Positions 13,311 to 24,399 of a DNA stretch of 64,000 bases are shown one piece after another. Position 1 is the stretch's first letter. Every line of letters starts with the position of its first letter. Source of the DNA: Octopus sinensis (lineage: Eukaryota); assembly GCF_006345805.1 (NCBI RefSeq), contig NC_042999.1:52824001-52888000 (forward strand), read 5' to 3'. The translations under genes and the position numbers were made by a program. The notes beneath the pieces were generated by a model, which saw only the letters and a list, made by a program, of their open reading frames with translations, did not search any database and had not been told where the DNA came from.

Positions 13311-14366
13311 AATTGTATGTACTACTTTTTCGTTGGCATTGATTTTAATTTATTTGTGACAATAGCTGGCACACTATTATCACAATGATCCTTACATCGT
13401 CTTCATAGAAGTCAATAAAAAAAAATTAATCAACGGTTGACGCATCATTACAATAAATAAAACTATTGTGAAACATTGAAATATAATCTCCGATTTAGTT
13501 CCCTTGTATTTAGCGTCACTATTTTCATCACGAATGTAGTGAAAATAAATAGGGAACATGTTAGTTAATACATAAGTATATAAATAGAAAGGAGTTATGT
13601 GGTAATTATTCCCGTTCTCACCATCCATATTCAATGATTTCTATTGAACGCAATAAGGGAATTAGATTATAAATTGTTGCTGGATTAAAGAGATCAACAC
13701 CCTCAGAAGGTAATGATAGTAAATTTAGACAATGAAACAAGGAAATACCATAAACTCAGTGTCAAAAAAGTTGAAGAATTTAATTTCATCAAGTCTGAAT
13801 TTTTCAAAGTAAAAAGAAAAAGCTGATAAAGAATATGTATGTTTTTATTTTTTATCGCCTCATTAAAAACAAAATTAATTTGAAAAATTTCGTTCCTGAC
13901 GACATTCGGTTTTTTAAAACCAATTTAAAACTATGTTTGTGGTTTTGTTTACATGACGAGGCTTTTTAGTTTACTTTTATTGGTGTTAAATTTACGAATT
14001 ATACTTCTAGGATTCATTGATCGTCCAAGCCTTCCTGGTCTAATGGTGTAATAATGTGCACTAGGATACAATGGGTGGTGATTAGCAGAATGCTAATTAC
14101 ATTAGCAATTAAACCTATGCGTTACGCACCAACTTATTTATTTACTCTCATTCACAAATTTTACTCTCATTAACAAACTTTCTTTGCTGATAATTAAAAT
14201 AATAATGGTTTCAAATTTAATCACAAGGCTAGCATTTACTGGGGTAAAGGATTTCGTAGATACTATTGACAGAGTACTTGACTGGTACTTTAGACACCGA
14301 AAAATGGAAGTCAAAATTGTCTTGAGAGGATTTGAAATCGGGACATAGAGAGCCAGAAGAAATACC

Positions 14367-14597
14367 TATTTCTTTACTACCCACAAGGGGCTAAATACAG
14401 AGGGGACAAACAAGGACAGACAAACGGATTAAGTCGATTATATCGATCCCAGTGCATAACTAGTACTTAATTTATCGACCTCGAAAGGATGAAAGACAAA
14501 GTCGATCTCGCCGGAATTTGAACCCAGAACATAACGGCAGACGAAATACGGCTACGCATTTCGCCCGGTGTGCTAGCGTTCTGCCAGCTCGCCGCCA
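14367..14597 (-). mobile_element. tRNA-derived SINE family C
   Basis: Reverse strand starts GGCGGCGAGCTGGCAGAA; tail matches the 15085 copy. Confidence 0.9.
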
Positions 14598-15064
14598 GAA
14601 ATATCACAAACCATTTTAATTCCGACCCCCCAAGGAATTGGCCATCTCACCATCATTTGCTCCTGGCAGAAACGTGGGGGAGGCGTCGGTCGGTGCCATC
14701 GAATACAGTACTTGGCTGATAGATAATTGTCTGTACATTGAAAGGATAAGAGGTGCAAATAAATGGTCTCAGTTGAATTTGAACTCAACACACACAAGGT
14801 CGGAGGACTCCAACATAACTTTTATACGACGTCTTATGTACTTTGCCAATCAACTGTCCTAATAATGCCTCCAAAATCGGTACAAGAGTTGAAATTGGTG
14901 AAGTCAGGCCCGAGTTCATGACTGCCATTTTTTCGTCATTTTTTCCGAGGAGGCTCCGACAATTCTGCCAAATCCAGGTTTCAGTAACTTCTAATTCAGG
15001 TAGGCAGCATTAGACATACAGAGCAGATGTTAGTTAGTTAAATCTATCTCGGTATATGACTTTA

Positions 15065-15420
15065 GGCGGCGAGCTGGCACAACCTATTTCTTTACTACCC
15101 ACAAGGGGCTAAGCACAGAGAGGACAAACAAGGACAGACAAACGGATTAAGTCGATTATATCGACCCCCAGTGCGTAACTGGTACTTATTTAATCGACCC
15201 CGAAAGGATGAAAGTAACGGTCGACCTCGGCTAATTTTAACTCAGAACGTCGCGGCAGACGAAATATCGCTAATCATTTCGCCCGGCGCGCTAACGTTTC
15301 TGCCAGCTTGCCGCGAGCTGGCACAACCGTTGACTCGTCGGACAAAATGCTGCTTATGTTCTAAGTTCAAATCTCACCGAGGAAACTTTGCCTTCCGTCC
15401 TTTTGGTGTTGATATGATAA
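15065..15420. mobile_element. Family C SINE (+) interrupted by a family C SINE (-, 15085-15312)
   Basis: GAGCTGGCACAACC duplicated at 15071-15084 and 15315-15328 around the inverted copy. Confidence 0.85.
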
Positions 15421-16264
15421 CATAGAAGTCAAGTAGTGGGCGGGGGGGGGGGGCGAAGTAATCGATCCTTTATTGTCTTTATAGAACTCGAGTAAAAATT
15501 AATCAACGTTTGTTGTATCATTATAATAAATAAAGCTGTTGTGAAATCTTGAAATAAAATCTATGATTTAGTTCTCTTGTAACTTAGCGTCACTATTATC
15601 ATCACAAATGTAATTACATTTATATAAAGGACCGATGTAGGGAAAGTTGCGACAGCAGTAATACAATGGAAACAGGGTGATCAGCATTGAGACCAAGTGC
15701 TCCAAGAAAGTTACGAAAAAAAAAGTATTGGGGCTTATTTCATCGACATCGTATTGTGAAAAGAGAAAGTTGAGACTGACGGGATTTCAACTCACAGAAA
15801 ATACCGAATGACGATTTGTTCGATGCTTTAATGACTCGACTAATTAAAAAAAATAATTCCTACCAAAATCGTTTTTGAATTATTTTGAAAGATTCCTTTG
15901 TTCCTTGCTCTCCACATCAATATTTTCTCTACAAACGATTACTCAGATTTTCCCTAACACGCATAAACACATACACACACACACGTACATACAGACATAT
16001 AACTATCATAAAATATGCTTGTACATAAGTCTACGTATACACACATATGCGTATGTACATGCATTCGCCTGCATGCGTGTGTGTATGTGTTAGGTATGTA
16101 TGCAATTTTTTTCATGTATGTAGTTTCAGTAGTTGAATGTTTCAATTTTCTCAGTGATTTTGTGAATATGTACACGTATCTGTATTTTATGGCAGTTGGT
16201 AGTTCCATCATTCAAAGAGCGTTGTTATCGCTGTTATAATTCCTATATTCGTATTGTTGCTACT

Positions 16265-16650
16265 GTGGAGGCGCAATGGCCCAGTGTTTAGGGCAGCGGA
16301 CTCGCGGTCGTAGGATCGCGGTTTCGATTCCCAGACCTGGCGTTGTGAATGTATATTCAGCGAAAACACCTAAGAGCTCCACGAGGCACCGGCAGGGGAT
16401 GGTGGTGATCCCTGCTGTACTCTTTCACCACAACTCTCTCTCACTCTTACTTCCTGTTTCTGTTGTACCTGTATTTCAAAGGGCCGGCCTTGTCACTCTG
16501 TGTCATGCTGAATATCCCCGAGAACTAGGTTAAGGGTACACGTGTCTGTGGAGTGCTCAGCCACTTACACGTTAATTTCACGAGCAGGCTGTTCCGTTGA
16601 TCGGATCAACCGGAACCCTCATCGTCGGAACCGACGGAGTGCTCCCATCC
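16265..16650 (+). mobile_element. tRNA-derived SINE, head A (GGAGGCGCAATGGCCCAGTG) with tail T1
   Basis: A/B boxes; TSD ATTGTTGCTACT (16253) / ATTGCTGCTACT (16651). Confidence 0.9.
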
Positions 16651-16738
16651 ATTGCTGCTACTCTTTTCATCTTCTACTATATTTACAGTTTGGACAATAT
16701 TTTGAAGACGAATAGAAAAGTATATATATGAATATGTA

Positions 16739-16771
<33 letters not shown>

Positions 16772-16903
16772 TTTATTTTATATGCTAGAAACACCAGCGA
16801 TAATAATGAATTTTATGTTATCGCATTTTGAATTTGTTTATATATATATATATAATTCATAAATAAGGGCAAACGAAGTATCTCATTTATTTCTTTTGCC
16901 ACA

Positions 16904-16960
16904 TGTATCACTGACGAAGGGAGGGCTGTTATGAGCAAACCCTGAAATCGGTCCGATATG
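16904..16960 (+). ncRNA. Minimal type-I hammerhead motif, family H3
   Basis: tatca-CTGACGA-AGGG...CCCT-GAAA-tcgg-TC-cgata; intact core, stems I and III imperfect. Confidence 0.6.
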
Positions 16961-17422
16961 GTAATAATGGAATTTTTTAGAAATTTCTGTCGACCTCTTT
17001 TCGAGTAGCGTGCGTATTGTGAAAAAATGATATGGTTAATGGACAATATGTCCAATTTTTTGGCATATTTGGCATTAGGAATTTTTTCGTTTGCCCTTAT
17101 TTATGAATTGTCTATAAATTTAACCTTTAAAGGTATTTTTTAATATGCTGGCCATTGATAAAATTTATTCCGAAAATAATTTTTTTCGAAAAAAAATTTA
17201 TCCTACATTAGGTATATATATATATATATATATATATCATTAATTAAAATCTTAGGGTAGCAAGAATATTCATAGAAATAGGATTAAGGTAAAAGTTTTT
17301 ATTTTCCAGTTACTTTCGGAATTACAACAATTGGTGGGTTGGAGTTTTAACTGCTCATTCTAGCGAGTCATATATCCTATTCTTCGTGTATCTCTTTTGT
17401 GTTTGAACGTACACTGTATTCT

Positions 17423-17462
<40 letters not shown>

Positions 17463-17492
17463 AATGTACATATATATATATACATACATACA

Positions 17493-17528
<36 letters not shown>

Positions 17529-17531
17529 CAT

Positions 17532-17583
<52 letters not shown>

Positions 17584-18362
17584 ATATGAGTGTCCGCAAC
17601 GAAATATGTATTCCTATTTACCAGGTGTAGGTGTTGTGTGATTTATTCCTCTTCGATTCGTAGCAGAATATTACTAAAGTGTTTTGATAAAGTGTTTGAC
17701 AGTTTATTAGTTCTCGTTTTACGTTTGTGTTTATACTTACTTTTTCAAAATCCCAGCTGTGCTTAGACAGTGATGTATTAATTCTGTTAATAACACAGGG
17801 ATGAGTGCGCGTGTTGTGTATATTAACTTTAAATATTTTGCCCGTTCCCTCGTTATACTTATACACTTTCAATGGCTAAATTGTGACAACATTGTTTTAT
17901 AGTTTACGCCATTCCTAGGCTGTTGCAACTCATCAGTTATATAATATACGTTCAGAAACATGAAAGAAAAAAGTTAAAAAAAACAACAACAGCAACAACA
18001 AAGAAATAATCGTTTTCAGGATAAAGATCAAGAAAAATAACAAAATAAAGGCTACCATTAAAGTACCGAAAGCCTGAAAAAGTCCTTAAATGCGGAAAAA
18101 TAAAAATACGTAACAAAAAATACATGGGACTGAATGAAATAAATTCACGGAGAAGTTTGTAATGAATACAAGTATAAAGCATAATGCCACATGGAGTGAT
18201 ATATAAAACATAGGGCCCCAATAATTGCAACTTGCTTCTATCTGGTCACACTGACATGAAACGGAATCGGGGGGAAAAAAGTCAGTTTAAAAAAAGTAGA
18301 TACTCTACGTAGTGAATTCTCTCTTCCTCACATGACGACAAAATGTAAGGTTTCAGCGAGCC

Positions 18363-18397
<35 letters not shown>

Positions 18398-18531
18398 CAC
18401 ACGCATGTACACACACATATGCGCGCACACACAAACATACACATGCATATCAATAACTGTTTATTTGTTGAGTTATTAGAAAAACAATTTTACATGAAAC
18501 TGAAGAATTACTCAATATTTTGTGCCTGTGA

Positions 18532-18600
<69 letters not shown>

Positions 18601-18602
<2 letters not shown>

Positions 18603-19148
18603 CCCTGCTGCTGTACCAGGCAGTGCCTCTGATGGCTTCTGATCTTAACTGGTTGGAAGTGTTATCATGTACGCTGATTTGTCTTGGTATAAAAGATGGG
18701 CTACAGCAAATATTCTGCTCAATACCACAGATTTGCTTGTCAGTTGTTTGACCTTAAGCAATTGAGCATGTCCCTTACTGGCTGACGATATGTGCACCTC
18801 TGATCACAAGCAGAAGTAGTGGGGGAGCATCATAACCGTGTGCTGAAAGGAATTCTTAGAGATTTGGATAATTCACTTTTGGAAACATGGGTGGTTCTTT
18901 CAACATCCTTAAACAATCCTTGTTCAGGGACCTTTTGAGCGGGATGGGCTACTCGACCAGAAGAAAATGGGCCCCACCTGCAAAGTCATGCACTGTTTAT
19001 CTTGTTATGACATCACCATGTCGCGCAGATATGGTTGTGATGCATGTGCCTGGTATACCCTTATCAGTCGAGTAGTCATGATGGGTATACTGGGCTTCGT
19101 ATATTTTACCAGCGTCACTTTGATGGCATGCACCACTCTCTCACTCAA
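18601..19148. mobile_element. ~550-bp apparently non-coding element flanked by (AAT)n on both sides
   Basis: Sharp boundaries TGCCCTG...CTCACTC between two (AAT)n tracts; no convincing ORF. Confidence 0.55.
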
Positions 19149-19164
19149 TAGTAATAATGATAAC

Positions 19165-19225
<61 letters not shown>

Positions 19226-19229
<4 letters not shown>

Positions 19230-22159
19230 TCCGCAACTCTAACCAAAACATGAAAATAATTGGTAAAATCCGGCTTGCACTTAAGGATATAATTTCAGCT
19301 AATGATGTTGATATCACAAATCTCAACCACCTATACTATGCATCTGTGAAAATCTCAACGATCCTATGTGGTGTAAAGATTAGAAAACGGCAACATTCCC
19401 ACAAAAAGCCTTCTTGGCAAGAGCGTTTACAACAACAAATTAAACTATTTAGATCTGACATTGAATATTTTAAAAACCTTAAGGTTCACAAGACTACCAA
19501 ACCTACAAAAACCCCAAAATTACTGAAAAAATACAATATGAAAAACTATACTTTATATTGATGCCACCATAGAAACCATCAAACAAACGGTATCTGTCAA
19601 AGCTGCCCGCATACCGAGGTATGAAAAGCGTGTTAGATTTTTCAAGGACAACAACATGTTCAAAAATAACCCCAAGAATTTTTACAGGAAGATAGGAAAA
19701 ACAGCGTTTACTGTAAGGTCTGTACCATCAAAAGAAGAAGTGCAGGGATTTTGGAATAAAATTTGGCAGAAGAAAAAACACACAACGAAAAGGCCCCCTG
19801 GATTGACAGAATATCTACAGAACTGGACTCCTTATAGGAGCAAAAGTGGGAGGGTGTCAAGGTAGAAGATATAAGATCTGCTCTCAGGAGGTCAAGCAAA
19901 TGGAAGTCTCCAGGAAAGGATAAAATTCCTAACTTCTGGCTGAATGCCTTCCCAGAGAGCCATGAACTGCTAACAGAACTGTACAATGATGTTTTGCAAC
20001 ACCCTAGTAGGATGCCTCCTTGGCTAGATAATGGGTTAACATTCCTGCTTCCAAAAGTGAAGAAACAAATGAACCAAAAAACTATAGACCCATAACCTGC
20101 TTAACAACTATGTATAAAACGTTAACATCTGTTCTGACGGAATATAATTATAGTTTTTTAACAGACAGCAGCATATTCCCTAATGAACAGAAAGGATGTA
20201 AACGTGGATCCTACGGCTGTAAAGATCAACTACTCATCAATAAGATGATCTTAGAAGATTGTCACAAACGACACAAAAACTTATCAATAGCCTGGATAGA
20301 CTATAAAAAGGCTTTTGATAGCCTACCACATAGCTGGATTAGGAAATGCCTGGAAATGTATAAGATAGCACCTACTCTGCGAAACTTTTTGACTGTAAGT
20401 ATGAGATCATGGAGAACCACACTAACTCTGAACAGTGACAATGAATCCCTAAATGCTGGTGATGTAAAAATTTCATGTGGAATTTTCCAGGGTGACTTAC
20501 TGTCACCACTCCTCTTTTGTTTAGCCTTAATACCTCTCTCAAAACTACTCAATGACGCGCAGTACGGGTATAAAATGTTTGATAAAAATATAAATCATCT
20601 CATTTACATGGATGATTTAAAGCCTTTTGCAAAAAATGACCAACAACTCAAGGGCTTACTAGCGATAGTCAAACAATTCAGTGACATCAGAATGCAATTT
20701 GGCCTCGATAAATGTTCAAAAGCTACCTTTATCAAAGGAAAAATGACAGAAATATCTAACGTTAACCTTGACCAGCAGAATGTCATAAAAGAACTAGACC
20801 CAGCGGAGAGCTACAAGTACCTAGGGGTAATTGAAGGGAACGGAATAAGGCATTCAGAGATGAAGGAAAGGATCAGGAGAGAATGTTATCGCAGAGTGAG
20901 AGCAATACTCAAGACAGAGCTGAATGCAAGAAACAGGATCGAAGCGATCAATGCACTAGCCATACCAGTCGTGACTTACAGTTTCAATATCGTTAACTGG
21001 TCAATTACTGAAATATGTCAGCTCGACAGAAAAATAAGAAAACTGTTGACAATGCATAGAATGCACCACCCTAAGGCAGATACAGAACGACTTTATCTGC
21101 CAAGAAAAGAGGCAGGCCGGGGTCTTTTACAACTGGCAATAACAATGAAGATTGCTACAATTGGCCTAGACACCTACCTGAAAAAGTCTGAGGACTGGAT
21201 GTTAAAACTTGTCTCAAAACATGAAAACAAGAAAGCATCATACTCAGTAACAAAACAAGCAAAGGAATATCTAAGTGAATTCCGAATACAACAAATTTCG
21301 GAATTAGAGATAGACATACAAGAAACAAGCACAGAAAAAGCTAGGCGCATGAAAACCCGTGCCAAAACTGTGGCCTTAGATATTCTGAATAATAAATGGC
21401 AAGAAAAACCTCTCTATGGCAAATACCCAAAGAGAGCGAATAAAGCAGATATTGACAAAGCCCTGACCCATCAATGGCTAATGGCCTCTGGCTTAAAATC
21501 CGAAACAGAGGGGTTTATCATAGCAGCTCAAGATCAATGCCTACCAACAAGAAACTACCAGGCCAACATATTAAAGAACGGCAGTAGCCCAACATGTCGT
21601 GTATGCCGACAACAAGATGAAACCATTGATCATGTCTCCAAATGCAGTCTTCTAGCGCCTACAGAGTACCTCAACAGGCATGATAGAGCTGCACAATATA
21701 TTCACTGGGTAATTTGCAAAAACCTGGATTTGTCCCATGAAAAAAACTGGTGGGAACACAATCCACCTCCAGTGCTTGAAAATGACCACATCTCACTCCT
21801 CTGGAACTTCACCATTCCAAACTGACAGAATGATAGATGCAAATAGGCCAGACATCATATTGAAAGACTTCAAACAAAGAACATGCCTCCTCATTGATAT
21901 GACTGTCTCAATCGATATAAACGTATCTGTCAAGACCTACCAAAAACTGAGCAAATATAAAGATCTTGAAATAGAAATCAGCAAAATGTGGAACCTGAAA
22001 ACTAAAACAATACCTGTTGTCATAGGTGCCCTGGGAATGATAGCGAAAGGGGCTGATTGCTACCTAACTCAGATACCAGGAAACCCCCAAATGGCAGAAA
22101 TTCAAAAGATAGAGCTCATGGGACCTGCTCATATCCTACGCAAAATACTCTCTATGTAA
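19226..22159 (+). pseudogene. Frameshifted RT - CCHC - restriction-like endonuclease polyprotein
   Basis: WKSPGKD, YRPITCL, DYKKAFDSLPH, GIFQGDLLSPLLF, YMDDLK, YKYLG, CRVC...ETIDHVSKC, RPDII...LID...KY; longest ORFs 20110-21825 and 21737-22159. Confidence 0.92.
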
Positions 22160-22352
22160 TCCCAAGGTTTAAAACAAACTTTTTTTAAAAATTTATGTAT
22201 TAGACATTCTCTAGTACAACACCAAAATAACCCCCAAATATATGGCACACTAGGTATAACAACAACGTGGACTTCTAACCTGTTGTCTCTTGAGGTCTCT
22301 GGGTGAGACTTGGAGCCAACTTGTACAGACATAAAGCAAAAGTCAAACATAG
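19226..22352 (+). mobile_element. R4/Dong-clade non-LTR retrotransposon (RLE type), 5'-truncated, in (AAT)n
   Basis: RT, CCHC and RLE coding remnants; 3' UTR 22160-22352; (AAT)n at both junctions. Confidence 0.9.
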
Positions 22353-22666
22353 AATAATAATAATAATAATCATAATAATAATCATAATAATAATATAATA
22401 ATAATAATAATAATTATAACAACATCCGAAAAATACCTTATGAATGAGAACCCAGGTTCGAAATTCCCCCAGGACACCTGATAAAGGCTGGAGAGTATAT
22501 CATTTGAAACGTTGTGTTAACAACAAAAAACATGAGAACAAATATCCGTCAAATGTAAATATTGTACATAATTCCTCATCTCTCAATATAGAACTGTACT
22601 GTACTAAGGATTTTCTATTTCTTATTCCACTATATATATAGGCATGTTTACACAAATCTCTCTCTC

Positions 22667-22699
<33 letters not shown>

Positions 22700-22716
22700 T
22701 ATATATATATATATAT

Positions 22717-22922
22717 GTAAAATAATATGTGACAATTATTCAATAGCCAAGATAAAACTCTGACTTTCGGATGCCGAGGTGGAAATCCAGAACACCATCT
22801 CTTCGGTTATCAGAGTTTATCTTGGCTATTGAATAATTGTCACATATTATTTTACAGTTAAATTTCCTCTATTTACATAATATTGAGGTCTCTTTCTTTC
22901 TTTTGTTATCTTACCGTTTTTA

Positions 22923-22926
<4 letters not shown>
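22717..22926. mobile_element. ORF-less PLE-derived fold-back element with HHR-like motif (22751-22811, minus strand), flanked by (TA)n
   Basis: ~46-bp inverted arms 22717-22763 / 22810-22855; homologous to both ends and the tail of the 51036-51926 element. Confidence 0.8.
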
Positions 22927-22968
<42 letters not shown>

Positions 22969-23122
22969 GTGAAATAGAAAGATGAATAATCTTGTAGTAG
23001 ATTAATCAAAAGTTTAACCGATACCTTAGTAGCAAAAATCACAGCAGTAAACAGCACGGTTGGAGGTACAACCATATGGTGTTGCAACCGTGCGTTGGTG
23101 CGGATAATTGAAATTAAAATAT

Positions 23123-23228
23123 TATTGGTGAATTGAAGAAATGGAGCTGAACGCAGATTGAACAGAAATCGTTTTATAAAACGATTTCTGTTCAATCTGC
23201 GTTCAGCTCCATTTCTTCAATTCACCAA

Positions 23229-23230
<2 letters not shown>
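23123..23230. repeat. Perfect 108-bp palindrome with no spacer
   Basis: TATTGGTG...AATCGTTTTA|TAAAACGATT...CACCAATA; arms read as exact reverse complements. Confidence 0.9.
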
Positions 23231-23284
<54 letters not shown>

Positions 23285-23295
23285 ATATATATATA

Positions 23296-23372
<77 letters not shown>

Positions 23373-23726
23373 ACTTATTTATGTGTTTGCACGTTTATGT
23401 ATGTACCTATATGTATGTATGTATTTGTATGTATGTTCGTATACGAATAAAGTATTTTAAATAAAATTCGACCAGAAAATGAATTGGTTTTTATATGTCC
23501 TTGGGCACAAAAGTCGGGATTGATCATATTCTTTCTAACCTCCATTGAATTTCTGTGAAGATCTAAGAAGACGAAAGACTGAGCAGATCGATATCTTCTC
23601 ACGCGAAGATGTGTTGTATTCCTTTTGTGTGCTTTTCATGATGCTGCTAAAATTTCATGTTTACCAAAGATATATACGTCACTCCAAAAAGTAAGATATG
23701 CTTTGACATGCATAAATAACTATTGA

Positions 23727-23787
<61 letters not shown>

Positions 23788-24399
23788 GCTATCTATCTAT
23801 CTATCTGTACATACACACCCACAAACAGCCACACAACACATACACATATATGTATGAATTGCCATATTCATATGTTTGCATATATGTCTATACGAGTGTA
23901 TGTATAAATATATATGTGAGTGAATATGTGTCTGAGAATTAATAATGTGAAATGAAGCGTTGTCTTCCAATAAATTCCTACCTCCGGTGTAAGTGAATTT
24001 CGATTCCGCTGAAGGGAGTGCAGCACCAGGGGAAAAGTTTTTACTCTCAAAACAAGCAGCAAAGAGTTACCGACTACTGCTTACATACATATACTTGTTT
24101 ATATATATTCTGCTACGTTGACGTGGTTCTTATTTATACGAGTGATTTAAATATTGCAAACAAGTATTTAAGAAGCAAAACTGGGAAAATTATCAAATAT
24201 AGGGATTCGTGTTAGTGAAGATTGCCTTGAGACGAAATAACGATTTTGTTTTAAGTCAGGTGTACAAATATAAAAAGAAATATATTTTGAAAACTGTAAA
24301 GAAAAAAAAGGTAATAGGTTTATTATCGGAACGAATTTCTGGAATGAATGAAATAATTACATTACAGCACCAGTGGATAAAAAGGCGGACAATTGAGGC

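Larger units (their letters stand above)
18527..22605 (+). mobile_element. H1 (HHR) element split at its (AAT)n tract by ~3.8 kb of nested insertions
   Basis: Left stub GTGACCTGAATAAT (18527-18540) and right body AACATCCGAAAAATACCTT...CTGATAA...GAAACGTTGTGT...ATATAGAACTG (22419-22605) reconstruct the intact 54341 copy. Confidence 0.7.
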
